This document shows, in pieces, positions 1 through 9,978 of a DNA stretch of 64,000 nucleotides. The DNA is from Turneriella sp. (lineage in GTDB: Bacteria > Spirochaetota > Leptospiria > Turneriellales > Turneriellaceae). The stretch covers positions 2,016,001-2,080,000 of the forward strand of contig CBDIID010000003.1 in assembly GCA_965279515.1 (NCBI GenBank). Direction: 5' to 3'. Made by a program: the position numbers and the translations under genes. The notes under the pieces are model-generated. The model did not search any database and was not told the DNA's origin. It saw only the letters and a list, made by a program, of their open reading frames with translations. Numbering within the stretch: the stretch's first letter is position 1; each line of letters begins with the position of its first letter.

Positions 1-372
1 TTTCTGACATCTTTCACGGGCTGGCCGCTGGGTTTTTTCCCGGGCAGCACGGATCTCTTAAAATCGTTGCGGGGTAAATTTAAGCTCGCCTTCCTTTCTA
101 ACTCGAACCCGCTGCATTACCCGCGCTTTGACCGCGAATGGGGGTTAAAAAAATATTTTGATTATCACTTTGCTTCACATGAGATGGGGTGTGCAAAACC
201 TGAGGCAAAGATTTTTGATCTGCTCTTAAAAGCCCTGCCCTTTGCGCCCAAAGAGATTCTGTTTTTTGACGATAATCGCCTGAACGTCGAGGCCGCGCTC
301 AAAGCGGGCATACCCGCACAAATCGTGCGCGGGCACGTGGAACTTAAAATTGCTCTTTCTCCTTATGCTTAG
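1..372 (+). CDS. HAD-superfamily hydrolase (5'-truncated by window edge)
   Basis: Frame is open from base 1. HAD motifs II-IV: LSN, KP, FFDDxxxNV. Confidence 0.85.
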   Translation, partial: FLTSFTGWPLGFFPGSTDLLKSLRGKFKLAFLSNSNPLHYPRFDREWGLKKYFDYHFASHEMGCAKPEAKIFDLLLKALPFAPKEILFFDDNRLNVEAALKAGIPAQIVRGHVELKIALSPYA

Positions 373-477
373 CAAACAGATTTCCGCCAGAACCCCATTT
401 AGGTAAATGTACCTAGCCCACCTTGTCGTCAGAATGCCCTCCCCAGCCGTCACACCTATTAACCAGCGAGGATAACC

Positions 478-1614
478 ATGAACAGCTCCGTTTTAAGCCG
501 CGTTAAACCCCACCCCGACGGCGGTTTCGCACACGATCTCAAAGATAAACTTCTCACTGGCATCGGCGCCACCGCAGACCATTTTCTGCGCACCTTTCTT
601 TCCAGCCGCATGCTCGTGAGTAATATTCCCGTAATCCCCGAACTCATCAGCGCCGAATACCGCAAAAAATGGGATTTCTACCGTAACCCGAGCTTTATCT
701 CGAAACCCGAAACTTTCTTCCAAAAACCGGCGAAAGCAGAACCGCTGATACGGCCGGCAGACCCCATGAACCTGCCGATTCATGACGCGATCTTCGAAGA
801 CGTTATTTTTCCCAGCGAAATGGAACCGCTGAACCCCGTCTACCACGCGGCTGACATTTTCCCGATGCCGCAGGAATACTCCGTCGCGCGCCATATACGC
901 CACAAAACCGGCGACAGACCGACACTCATTGTCGTGCACGGTTATGTACTCGACGGTTACGATTTTAACGCGCGACTCTTCGAAGTCGCGAAATTTTTCC
1001 GTCTCGGTTTTAACGTTCTCATGTATACGATGCCCTACCACGGGCCGCGCAAAAAACCCAATGCCGCATTCTCGGGCGACGGCTTTATGTTCTTCGACGC
1101 GGCGCGTATCGCCGAAAACGTACGCTGGTCGATCCACGATCTCACACGTTATGTCGATTTCCTGAGCGCACAATCGAAGCAACCGATCGGCATGATGGGT
1201 TTTTCGCTGGGCGGATTTCACACTGCGCTCATGGCCTCGCTCGACAAACGCCTGGCATTCGCGATTCCCGTCGTGCCCGTCATCACCCTGTTCGATGTCA
1301 TTCTCGACTGGCAGCCGAGCGCGGGCATCATCAAAACATTCATGGGCTTTCTCGGTATGTCGCGCGAGAGTATCAATGAAACTCTCGCCGTGGTCTCACC
1401 CCTTTCGCGACCAACCGCGATTCCGAAAGACAGGATGCTCATTGTCGCAGGCACCGCAGACCGCATGGCGCATCCCAACCATGCCCACAGCCTCTGGCAC
1501 CACTGGAAGCACCCCAAAATCTATTGGTTCCCGGGCAACCACCTGGTTCATTTCGAGAAGACACGTTACATGCGCGAAGTGGTTGCCTTTTTGAGAGGTC
1601 TCGGCCTGTATTGA
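478..1614 (+). CDS. Alpha/beta-fold hydrolase
   Basis: HG oxyanion motif (VVHGY), GFSLGG nucleophile elbow, catalytic Asp (ADRM) and His (GNH). SD-like GAGG upstream. Confidence 0.85.
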   Translation: MNSSVLSRVKPHPDGGFAHDLKDKLLTGIGATADHFLRTFLSSRMLVSNIPVIPELISAEYRKKWDFYRNPSFISKPETFFQKPAKAEPLIRPADPMNLPIHDAIFEDVIFPSEMEPLNPVYHAADIFPMPQEYSVARHIRHKTGDRPTLIVVHGYVLDGYDFNARLFEVAKFFRLGFNVLMYTMPYHGPRKKPNAAFSGDGFMFFDAARIAENVRWSIHDLTRYVDFLSAQSKQPIGMMGFSLGGFHTALMASLDKRLAFAIPVVPVITLFDVILDWQPSAGIIKTFMGFLGMSRESINETLAVVSPLSRPTAIPKDRMLIVAGTADRMAHPNHAHSLWHHWKHPKIYWFPGNHLVHFEKTRYMREVVAFLRGLGLY

Positions 1615-1617
1615 CGG

Positions 1618-2532
1618 GTGCCGCTCAGCGACGCCACCAAGGATATTCTCTCTTTCGGCGCGCATAGCCGTGTCGAAGACAAACGTGCTGAGCTTGTTGG
1701 GTTGCACGATAAACTCAGCGCAGTTTTGGCTGAACGCGATGCGGCGATCGCGCAGGCAAACACGGCGACCCAGCACCTGATCGTCGCCAAGACCCACGCG
1801 GTGGATATCCTGCGTGGTATCAGCAATATCTCAAAACATCTCAAGGCTGCCGACCGCAGTTTCAGTGAACAAAATGCCGCGATGCTGCCCGGGCCTGTGT
1901 TAGCGCGGGTTGAGGCGGTTTTGGGCGAAAGTGAAATTTTCGCCAATGCAAAAAAAGGCATGGCGGCGGGCGCATCGCTGGCGCTCGGCACCTGGGCACT
2001 CGCAGGAACAGCCGGCATCACCAGCGCGGGTGCGGCGCTCAGCGCATCGACCGCAGCGTTCGCTGGCGTAGGCGGTGCTTCGCTGATAGCAGGCGGCGCG
2101 GCTGCCGGGACATTGGCTTTAGGCAGTCTCGTACTTTTACCGGCGGCTGCGATTCTCGCGATCTTCAGCCATAACAGCGCCGACAAGAAAATACGCGAGA
2201 TCGAAACGGAGATTAGCAAGGCCCTCATCGCCATTGAAGAAAGCCGCGGCGCGCTGCTTTCGGTGAATCATCTCGAACGCCGCGCCGCAGAGATAACCCA
2301 GGCCATCGGAAAAACGGCCGCGGTCTTTGAGGCGGAAAAACAGAAATGCCTCGAGCGAATTTATCCCTTTGGAATATTTTCCCGTATGCTGAAAAACATC
2401 CGCAAGTTTCTGGGCGGCAATTTTTTCTCGAAATACGATCTCGTTATGCTGATGCCGCTCCTCAATATGGCGAGAATACTTGCTGAGCTGATCGACCAGA
2501 AGATTCTGGACGAGGAAGGCAACCTGAAATGA
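1618..2532 (+). CDS. Hypothetical coiled-coil protein with a central Gly/Ala-rich hydrophobic hairpin
   Basis: 304-aa ORF with a GTG start 3 nt after the previous stop. About 70 aa of Gly/Ala-rich hydrophobic sequence flanked by amphipathic helices. Confidence 0.75.
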   Translation: MPLSDATKDILSFGAHSRVEDKRAELVGLHDKLSAVLAERDAAIAQANTATQHLIVAKTHAVDILRGISNISKHLKAADRSFSEQNAAMLPGPVLARVEAVLGESEIFANAKKGMAAGASLALGTWALAGTAGITSAGAALSASTAAFAGVGGASLIAGGAAAGTLALGSLVLLPAAAILAIFSHNSADKKIREIETEISKALIAIEESRGALLSVNHLERRAAEITQAIGKTAAVFEAEKQKCLERIYPFGIFSRMLKNIRKFLGGNFFSKYDLVMLMPLLNMARILAELIDQKILDEEGNLK

Positions 2533-2927
2533 GCGCTGTTTCAAAAATCGGCAAACTCGGCGATCTGGCGAAAAAGATTCCCGTACCCGACCTGCTCAAA
2601 TTCTTCAACAACCTGGTCGACGCGTACAAAGAGGGTCAGGTGACCGAGCGAGAAATTGCCAAAATCAACGCCAACAAAGAAGTCATGCTCGCCGAAATTT
2701 CGGGCAAGTATGAAACTTACCGCCTGGTATTTAACCGCATTTTTGACGAGCGCAAAGAAGTGATCGATCGATTTTTCGACGTCATCGACAAGGGTGTAGC
2801 CGCCAACGATACGCAGGTGATCCTCGGTGGCCTCGAGGGACTTAGCCGCATCGTCTCTGCATCACCGTTTGCAAACACAAAAGAATTATCCCGGCTGCTT
2901 GAGTCGGGTAAAACGATCGAGATATGA
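2529..2927 (+). CDS. Hypothetical all-helical protein
   Basis: 132-aa ORF with ATGA overlaps to both neighbours. Confidence 0.75.
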   Translation: MSAVSKIGKLGDLAKKIPVPDLLKFFNNLVDAYKEGQVTEREIAKINANKEVMLAEISGKYETYRLVFNRIFDERKEVIDRFFDVIDKGVAANDTQVILGGLEGLSRIVSASPFANTKELSRLLESGKTIEI

Positions 2928-4336
2928 GAAAGTTCCTGCTGATTCTGATACCTGTATTGTCACTCATCGCCGTGAAATCTCAGGCCGAGCGCATCACCGA
3001 ATACCTGCAGGCGCAGGATTGGGCATCAGCAAACCGCGAGCTTACGGATTATCTTGCGCAAAATCCCGATAAAGCCTGGGCTTATTCTTCCCAGGCATGG
3101 GCACTAGAAAACCTGAAGCGCTACGATGAAGCCGTATCGCTCGCGCGCGCAGGTCTCGACAAATGGCCCACCGAGACGAAACTGCGTACTGCGCTGGGCC
3201 GCCTGCTCATCAAAAAGGCGGAAACTGTCTCCGCTGAAAATGCGCTTCCCTTGTTGAAAGAAGCGGTAGAGATCGACCCGCGCGAATATACCGCCTTTTC
3301 TCTCGCGCGCGCCTACCGCAATGCCGGAAATTTTGCAGAGGCGCTTCTACACATGGAAAAGGGCCTTGTCCAATATCCCGATTCGGCTAACTTTCGCGAA
3401 GGACTGCCGTTCACGCGCTACCAGTATTTCAAAGACCTGCGCACAAGGGGAGACAAGACCGGCATGCGCGCGCAGATCGAAAAAGCGCATAAACAGCTCA
3501 TCGCTGGCAGAACCTATGACCAGTATTATTATAAGTTGATTCTGCGTTTTGGCCTCAGGGAACTCGGCGACCGGAGTTTTTTCCAGACCACGTATGATAA
3601 TCTGCTGGCGGTTTATCCCGAAGAGCCGGCGCTCTATGACGATTACGGATTTCAGCTCTACGCGAATTACAGGCTTCATGACAAAGCGGATAAACAGCTC
3701 AGGGATACTGCAATCTCGTGGCGGCGCAAGGCCTATGAGCTTTACTGGAAAAACCGCGAGCTGCCGAAACCTGTCACAGGCCTCGCCTTTCCCTTAAAAG
3801 GCAGAAACATGATTTGGAGTGCATTCGGCGGCAGCGCGATGACGCACAATGGATTTTCACAGTATTGTTATGATTTTGCGGCAGTCGATGCGCAGCGCAA
3901 CATCGCGAAACCCGGTAGCAAGAAAAAGCGGAACTCCGATTATTTTATGTTTGGCAAACCCGCGTACGCCGTAGCCGACGGGGTGGTTTCAGGTACGATC
4001 ACCGGCTTTCCGGATAATGAACCGGGCGCCTTCAGCGGCGACGCCAATACAATCACCATCCGGCATAAGGGATTTCTTTCTTTCTATGCACACATAAAAG
4101 ACAAGGGAATTCTGGTGCGCGAAGGGCAAAAGGTCCGCAAAGGCGATTTGTTAGGCTATGTCGGAAACAGCGGCATGTCGACCGAATCGCATCTGCATTT
4201 CTGCATCAACGCCGACAACGCGGACGACATCACCATCCCGTTTCAATTCGTGCCGGCGGCGATCGAGAAAAAGGACGGCAAAACAATACGCAGCAGCGAT
4301 TTCTACAAAGAAGACGACGTCGTTATCTTTGAATAA
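2924..4336 (+). CDS. Secreted TPR-repeat M23-family metallopeptidase
   Basis: Signal peptide, TPR-like helices, C-terminal M23 domain (YAH...VGNSGMST ESHLHF, HxH motif). Confidence 0.85.
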   Translation: MRKFLLILIPVLSLIAVKSQAERITEYLQAQDWASANRELTDYLAQNPDKAWAYSSQAWALENLKRYDEAVSLARAGLDKWPTETKLRTALGRLLIKKAETVSAENALPLLKEAVEIDPREYTAFSLARAYRNAGNFAEALLHMEKGLVQYPDSANFREGLPFTRYQYFKDLRTRGDKTGMRAQIEKAHKQLIAGRTYDQYYYKLILRFGLRELGDRSFFQTTYDNLLAVYPEEPALYDDYGFQLYANYRLHDKADKQLRDTAISWRRKAYELYWKNRELPKPVTGLAFPLKGRNMIWSAFGGSAMTHNGFSQYCYDFAAVDAQRNIAKPGSKKKRNSDYFMFGKPAYAVADGVVSGTITGFPDNEPGAFSGDANTITIRHKGFLSFYAHIKDKGILVREGQKVRKGDLLGYVGNSGMSTESHLHFCINADNADDITIPFQFVPAAIEKKDGKTIRSSDFYKEDDVVIFE

Positions 4337-4343
4337 ACGGCTC

Positions 4344-4405
4344 AGCCTATCTCAGTAGCCATTCGGCATGGCGTTTTTTCGTACCGCGGCCTACTGAGAT
4401 AGGCT
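4344..4405. repeat. 15-bp perfect inverted repeat with 32-nt spacer (MITE-like element or bidirectional terminator)
   Basis: AGCCTATCTCAGTAG at 4344-4358 and CTACTGAGATAGGCT at 4391-4405, between convergent genes. Confidence 0.75.
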
Positions 4406-4406
4406 T

Positions 4407-7400
4407 TTAATCCAAATAGGGCCTCAGCCAACGCTCGGCTTCTTCGATCGACATGCCTTTGCGTTTTGCATAATCTTCAAGCTGGTCGCGGTCGATCTTG
4501 CCCACAGCGAAATATTTCGATTCAGGATGAGCAAAGTACAGACCGCTTACCGATGAAGGCGGCGTCATCGCAAAATTTTCGGTGAGCTTGATGCCGGTGT
4601 TTTTCTCCACCGACAACCAGTTGAAAAGGGTCGTTTTCTCCGTATGGTCGGGTGATGCCGGGTAACCCGGCGCGGGACGTATACCGAGATACTCTTCTTT
4701 AATAAGCCCCTCGATATCGAGCTTCTCATCGGCTGCATAACCCCAGGTCAGCTTGCGCACAGTCTCATGCGCATATTCGGCAAAAGCTTCTGCAAAACGA
4801 TCAGCGATAGCTTTCACCATAATGGCCGAATAGTCGTCGTTTTGTTTTTCAAAACGCGCGGCGTATTCCCCCGCCCCGTCGCCGGCAGTTACGGCAAAGC
4901 CACCGATATAGTCGTGTTCACCGATGAAGTCGGCGAGCGAATAATACACCTGTTCGTTTTCTTTCTTTTTCTGTTGCCGCAGAAAGTGCAGCTTATGGAT
5001 GACTTTGTCGCGGTTTTCGTCGGCATAGACAAGCACATCGTCACCGTCGCGTTTTGCCGGAAAGATCCCGACGACGCCGCGCGGCTGAAAGGGTTTGTCT
5101 TTCAGAATCATGTCGAGAATCTTCTGGCCGTCGTGGAAAAGTTTCCGTGCTTCAACGCCGACCACTTCATCGTCGAGAATGCGCGGGTAACGGCCGCGGA
5201 GTTCCCATGCCATAAAGAACGGCGACCAGTCGATGTAAGGCACGAGGTCACCCAGGCGCACTTTATCGAGCAAAGTAATGCCCAGCTTATTGGGAAGTTT
5301 CACAGGAGCAGGTTTCAGCTGCGGAGCCTTGGCAATGGCATCGGGGTATGACAAGAACGCGCGGTCCTTTTTGCCGCTGAGGTAATCCTCACGCAGCTTG
5401 GTCTGCGCGAGCGTGAGTTCTTTCACATAATTGCCGCGCATGTCTTCGCTGAGCAGTTTGCCGAGCACGCCTGTTACCAGCGAAGCGTCGGGTACGTGCA
5501 CGACAGGGTTTTCATACGACGGCACAATCTTGACCGCAGTGTGAGCGGCCGACGTTGTGGCGCCGCCGATCAGCAGCGGTTGTGTAAATCCGCCTTTTTT
5601 CATTTCGCTCGCGACATAGACCATCTCGTCGAGTGACGGCGTGATGAGGCCAGACAGGCCAATGACATCGGCATTGATCTCTTTCGCCATTGCGAGAATT
5701 TTATCGCAGGGCACCATGACCCCCATATCAATGACTTCGTAGTTATTGCAGCTGAGTACCACACCGACAATGTTCTTGCCGATATCGTGCACGTCGCCCT
5801 TGACCGTGGCCATGAGCACCTTCGTGCGCGCTGAAGATTCACCCATGTCAGCTTTCTCCTGCTCCATAAATGGAAGAAGATAGGCGACGGCCTTTTTCAT
5901 GACGCGCGCCGATTTGACGACCTGCGGCAAAAACATCTTGCCCGCGCCGAAAAGCTCGCCGACCACACGCATGCCGCCCATGAGCGGCCCTTCGATGACA
6001 CGAAGCGTGGGGGAATATCTCTTGCGCAGTTCTTCGACGTCCTGTTCGACGAACTGGTCGATGCCTTTGACGAGGGCATGTTTGATGCGCTCTTCCGCGG
6101 TATTCTCGCGCCAGGTGAGATCTTCTTTGATCTGCTCTTTGCCGCCGCTCTTATATTTTTCGGCGATATTCAGCATGCGCTCCGTCGCGTCGGGGCGGCG
6201 GTTCAAAATAATATCTTCGACATGCTCCTTGAGTTCAGGCGGAATGTCTTCGTAGACGGCGAGCATACCCGCATTGACGATACCCATATCGAGACCAGCC
6301 TTGATCGCATGGAACAGGAACACCGAGTGGATCGCTTCACGCACAGCGTTATTGCCGCGAAATGAAAACGATACGTTACTCACGCCACCCGAAACCAGTG
6401 CCCCTGGGCACACTTGTTTGATGCGGCGTGTCGCATTGATGAAGTCGAGAGCATAGTTGTTGTGCTCTTCGATACCCGTCGCGACAGTCAGAATGTTGGG
6501 GTCGAAAATGATATCGCTGGGGTTGACATGCGCCTTTTGCGTCAGCAGATCATAGGCCCGCTTGCAGATGCGCACCTTGTCTTCTTCCGTCGCCGCCTGG
6601 CCCTGCTCATCGAAGGCCATGACGACCATGGCAAAACCGTGCTCTTTAACGATGCGGGCCTGATCTAAAAACTTCTCTTCGCCTTCTTTAAGGCTGATCG
6701 AATTGACGATACCCTTGCCCTGCACACACTTGAGGCCCGCATAGATCACCGACCACTTCGACGAGTCGATCATGATCGGTACGCGCGCGATATCGGGCTC
6801 AGAGGCGATGAGGTTCATGAAACGTGTCATCGACGCTTCACCGTCGAGCAGGGCTTCATCGAAATTGACGTCGATAATGTTGGCGCCGGCAATGACCTGC
6901 TGGCGCGCGACTTCGAGCGCCTGGTCGAATTTGTCTTCGAGAATGAGTTTTTTGAACTTAGGCGAACCCGTCACATTTGTCCGCTCGCCGACCATAAGAA
7001 AACCAGTCGCGCCCGTGACATCGAGCGGCTCGAGGCCCGCGAGATGCAGTCCCTGCGGCTTCCCGAGCCCGGCAGGAATCACGCGCGGCTTTTCAACGGC
7101 GACACGTTTCACCATCTCTTTGATATGATCGGGCGTCGTACCGCAGCAGCCGCCCGCAATGTTGAGCATCCCCTCCTTTGCAAAAACAGCAAGGTCTGAC
7201 GCGAACATCGCCGGTGTTTCGTCGTAACCGCCGAAGGCATTGGGCAGCCCCGCGTTGGGGTAACAGGAAATCATCACATCGGAAACACGCGACAAGGCTG
7301 CGAGGTGCGGCTTCATGTCTTTCGCACCGAGTGCGCAGTTGATACCGATCGAAAGCGGGTTCGCATGGCGCACGGAATTAAAAAACGCTTCGGCAGTCTG

Positions 7401-8123
7401 CCCCGAGAGTGTGCGCCCCGAGGCGTCGGTTATTGTCACTGAAATCGATACCGGAATGCGATAACCCAACTCTTCAAACGCCTCTTCAAACGCGACGATC
7501 GCGGCTTTGACGTTCAGGGTATCGAGGTTGGTTTCCGGCAGCAGCAAGTCTGCGCCGGCTTTCATGAGCGCGATCGTCTGCTCTTTGAAGCAGGCCTTGA
7601 GCTCGTCGAAGGTCGTGGCACGGTAAGCGGGATTATTCACGTCGGGAGAAATAGACCCCGTCTTCGTCGTCGGCCCCAGCGCACCCGCGATAAAAATTTT
7701 GCGCGCGTCTCCATGCTCTTTATAAAAAGCCTCGCGCGCGTCTACGACGCATTTGACCGCGGCTGCGTTGAGTTCTTTCACGAGGTGCTCGAGCTTGTAA
7801 TCCCCCTGCGAAATAAAATTACTGCTGAACGAGTTTGTCTCGATGATGTCGGCGCCGGCGTCGATGTACTCGCGATGGATCTGCGTAATCACATCAGGTC
7901 TGGTCAAACAGAGCAAATCTGAGTTCCCCTTGAGAGGAATTGGATGATTTGTGAGATCAATGGGGGTTTCAAGGGGGGCATCGCCCCCCTTGAAAGAGAC
8001 TACTTTTCTATAATCTTTTTCTTCCAGGTTACGGCGCTGTATCATCGTGCCCATGGCACCGTCGAGAATGAGAATACGCTTGGCGAGAGCCTCGCGGATA
8101 TCAGTTTCACTGTAGCGTGGCAT
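4407..8123 (-). CDS. metH: Cobalamin-dependent methionine synthase
   Basis: [32 protein letters not shown] cobalamin-binding motif, RPAPGYP. Start at ATG 8123 (alternative 8135). Confidence 0.97.
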   Translation of the reverse strand: MPRYSETDIREALAKRILILDGAMGTMIQRRNLEEKDYRKVVSFKGGDAPLETPIDLTNHPIPLKGNSDLLCLTRPDVITQIHREYIDAGADIIETNSFSSNFISQGDYKLEHLVKELNAAAVKCVVDAREAFYKEHGDARKIFIAGALGPTTKTGSISPDVNNPAYRATTFDELKACFKEQTIALMKAGADLLLPETNLDTLNVKAAIVAFEEAFEELGYRIPVSISVTITDASGRTLSGQTAEAFFNSVRHANPLSIGINCALGAKDMKPHLAALSRVSDVMISCYPNAGLPNAFGGYDETPAMFASDLAVFAKEGMLNIAGGCCGTTPDHIKEMVKRVAVEKPRVIPAGLGKPQGLHLAGLEPLDVTGATGFLMVGERTNVTGSPKFKKLILEDKFDQALEVARQQVIAGANIIDVNFDEALLDGEASMTRFMNLIASEPDIARVPIMIDSSKWSVIYAGLKCVQGKGIVNSISLKEGEEKFLDQARIVKEHGFAMVVMAFDEQGQAATEEDKVRICKRAYDLLTQKAHVNPSDIIFDPNILTVATGIEEHNNYALDFINATRRIKQVCPGALVSGGVSNVSFSFRGNNAVREAIHSVFLFHAIKAGLDMGIVNAGMLAVYEDIPPELKEHVEDIILNRRPDATERMLNIAEKYKSGGKEQIKEDLTWRENTAEERIKHALVKGIDQFVEQDVEELRKRYSPTLRVIEGPLMGGMRVVGELFGAGKMFLPQVVKSARVMKKAVAYLLPFMEQEKADMGESSARTKVLMATVKGDVHDIGKNIVGVVLSCNNYEVIDMGVMVPCDKILAMAKEINADVIGLSGLITPSLDEMVYVASEMKKGGFTQPLLIGGATTSAAHTAVKIVPSYENPVVHVPDASLVTGVLGKLLSEDMRGNYVKELTLAQTKLREDYLSGKKDRAFLSYPDAIAKAPQLKPAPVKLPNKLGITLLDKVRLGDLVPYIDWSPFFMAWELRGRYPRILDDEVVGVEARKLFHDGQKILDMILKDKPFQPRGVVGIFPAKRDGDDVLVYADENRDKVIHKLHFLRQQKKKENEQVYYSLADFIGEHDYIGGFAVTAGDGAGEYAARFEKQNDDYSAIMVKAIADRFAEAFAEYAHETVRKLTWGYAADEKLDIEGLIKEEYLGIRPAPGYPASPDHTEKTTLFNWLSVEKNTGIKLTENFAMTPPSSVSGLYFAHPESKYFAVGKIDRDQLEDYAKRKGMSIEEAERWLRPYLD
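7967..7995. repeat. In-frame palindromic hairpin inside metH
   Basis: TTTCAAGGGGGG-CATCG-CCCCCCTTGAAA, a perfect 12-bp stem encoding part of [11 protein letters not shown]. Confidence 0.7.
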
Positions 8124-8154
8124 ATATCGATACATCTATATACATCGATGCATC
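8121..8154 (-). promoter_or_regulatory. Putative operator: four tandem 8-bp GATRYATV units at the metH start
   Basis: Minus strand reads GATGCATC GATGTATA TA GATGTATC GATATATG, with the last unit ending in the start ATG. A TTGACG hexamer abuts it upstream. Confidence 0.5.
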
Positions 8155-8218
8155 GTCAAGCAGGATCAAAGTCGCGATCAGTGCTTTCCATCAGGTCCGC
8201 TCATTTCCAAGGGTAAGC

Positions 8219-9931
8219 GTGCTTACGAAGCCAGCGCAGGTGCGAAGTTTTTTCCGCGTTTTTTTCAGCAAAGATTACAGCTACATTACCCGCTTTCCCC
8301 GCGGCATCTTTATTTTCGGAGGCATTGGCCATATTGGGTTTTTCCTGATCTGCCGGGACCTCCTTCAATACCGGGAGTCCTGGCTGTTACGCTCGACCGC
8401 CGCCCTCTGGTTCCTTGTTGCTTTTTTCAGCTTCAGGGTGATGAGATCCACTTTTTCAAAAGTGCACCTGGAACTCTTTTTGTTTTTCGTTTTCCCGTTT
8501 TTGTTCTCATACCATGCGGAGATAAATCCGGGGAAAACATACTGGCTCGGCTCGATGGCTTTTTGCGGATTTACCTACGGTTTGGTGTCCCGCGCTTTTT
8601 TCGCTATCCCCGGCTATTGTGCTGCCGTCGCGCTCAGCGTCGTAGCGCACGCAAATGACACCGGCGGCTTCTCGCATGAATTATTCAAGAGCTGGACACT
8701 GCCCACACATATCGTCGGCGGCTTCACGCTGGTGGTCTCTGCAATACTGCGGGTCGTGTACGAAGGCCAGTACAACCAGGTGCTGGAATTAACAAAAAGA
8801 CTGAACGAACGCGATCAGGCAAAATCCTTATTTTTGGCGTCGATGAGTCATGAAATCAGAACTCCGCTGCATGCCGTTATTGGCATCACCCAGCTTTTGG
8901 CAGAGGAAAATCCGCGCGTCGATCAGCAGTCAAAACTGAAGATACTCAAATCTTCTTCGGAACTTCTGTTATCTCAGGTGAATGATATATTGGATTATAA
9001 CCGCATAGAGGCCGGGAAATTAGTGGCAGAAAAAACGCGATTCATTCTGCGCGAAGCGCTCGCCGAATGCACCGATCTTTTCAGGCATGCGGCGCAGGAG
9101 AAAGAAAATGAAATCACCCTGCATGTAGATTCCAATCTGCCGATCGCTGCCCTGGGCGATGTGACCCGCTTCAAACAAATCATCAACAACCTGATCTCGA
9201 ACGCAAATAAATTCACCAATGCCGGAATCGTAAAAATTGAAGCAGGGCTCGCGGCTGTATCAGCAAAGACTTTTAACATGGCTGTCGCCGTCAGCGATAC
9301 CGGAATCGGCATTCCTGCGGACAGGCTTTCGGCGATCTTTGAAGATTTTACGCAGGCTACGCCCGGGACAACCAGGGAATATGGGGGCAGCGGCCTGGGC
9401 CTCGCTATCGTAAAACGTCTGCTGGATCTTTTCGACGGATCTATCGCAGTTACGAGCACACCTTCAGTAGGCTCAAAGTTTGAAATCAGCCTGAATCTCG
9501 AGCCGGCAGACGTCACTTCCGACATGATACCTGATCCGCTCGCGCAGCCCAAAGGCAAGCAGCGAAGCCAGCAAATACTTGTAGTGGATGACAATGAAAT
9601 CAACCGGCTCATCGCAACGCAGTGGCTGCACCGTTGGAAACTGAGTTACGACGTCGCTTCGGGCGGAGAAGAAGCACTGAAGCTGTGCCAGAGATCGCCT
9701 TTTAATGTGATGCTTCTCGATCTGCAAATGCCGGGTATGGACGGCTTTGAGTTATTGGAAAAACTGAAGGACCTTCAGCAACGGACGGGCAGGTCGGTCC
9801 GTTATATCGCCGTAACGGCCGATGCAACAGATACGACACGGCAGAAGGCCTTACTCGCAGGATTCGAAACTGTTCTGGTAAAACCCTTTGCACCCGAGCA
9901 ATTGTTGTTATTGCTGCAAGGCGCTGCATAA
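8219..9931 (+). CDS. Membrane-bound hybrid sensor histidine kinase/response regulator
   Basis: TM helices, SHEIRTPL H-box, N-box NNLISNA, DTGIG and GSGLGL boxes, C-terminal receiver (VVDD, LLDLQMP, KP). Start uncertain (GTG 8219 chosen). Confidence 0.92.
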   Translation: MLTKPAQVRSFFRVFFSKDYSYITRFPRGIFIFGGIGHIGFFLICRDLLQYRESWLLRSTAALWFLVAFFSFRVMRSTFSKVHLELFLFFVFPFLFSYHAEINPGKTYWLGSMAFCGFTYGLVSRAFFAIPGYCAAVALSVVAHANDTGGFSHELFKSWTLPTHIVGGFTLVVSAILRVVYEGQYNQVLELTKRLNERDQAKSLFLASMSHEIRTPLHAVIGITQLLAEENPRVDQQSKLKILKSSSELLLSQVNDILDYNRIEAGKLVAEKTRFILREALAECTDLFRHAAQEKENEITLHVDSNLPIAALGDVTRFKQIINNLISNANKFTNAGIVKIEAGLAAVSAKTFNMAVAVSDTGIGIPADRLSAIFEDFTQATPGTTREYGGSGLGLAIVKRLLDLFDGSIAVTSTPSVGSKFEISLNLEPADVTSDMIPDPLAQPKGKQRSQQILVVDDNEINRLIATQWLHRWKLSYDVASGGEEALKLCQRSPFNVMLLDLQMPGMDGFELLEKLKDLQQRTGRSVRYIAVTADATDTTRQKALLAGFETVLVKPFAPEQLLLLLQGAA

Positions 9932-9978
9932 TTTTGCTTCCCTAGACGCGAAGAGTTACAATATGCACCGCTTAAGTT

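Noticed and set aside
8117..8218. Head-to-head overlap of the kinase ORF (from 8117) with metH
   Set aside because: Most likely an ORF-caller extension. A later GTG (8219 or beyond) leaves room for divergent promoters.
8124..8218. SAM or cobalamin riboswitch upstream of metH
   Set aside because: The region is under 100 nt and I see no recognisable aptamer motifs.
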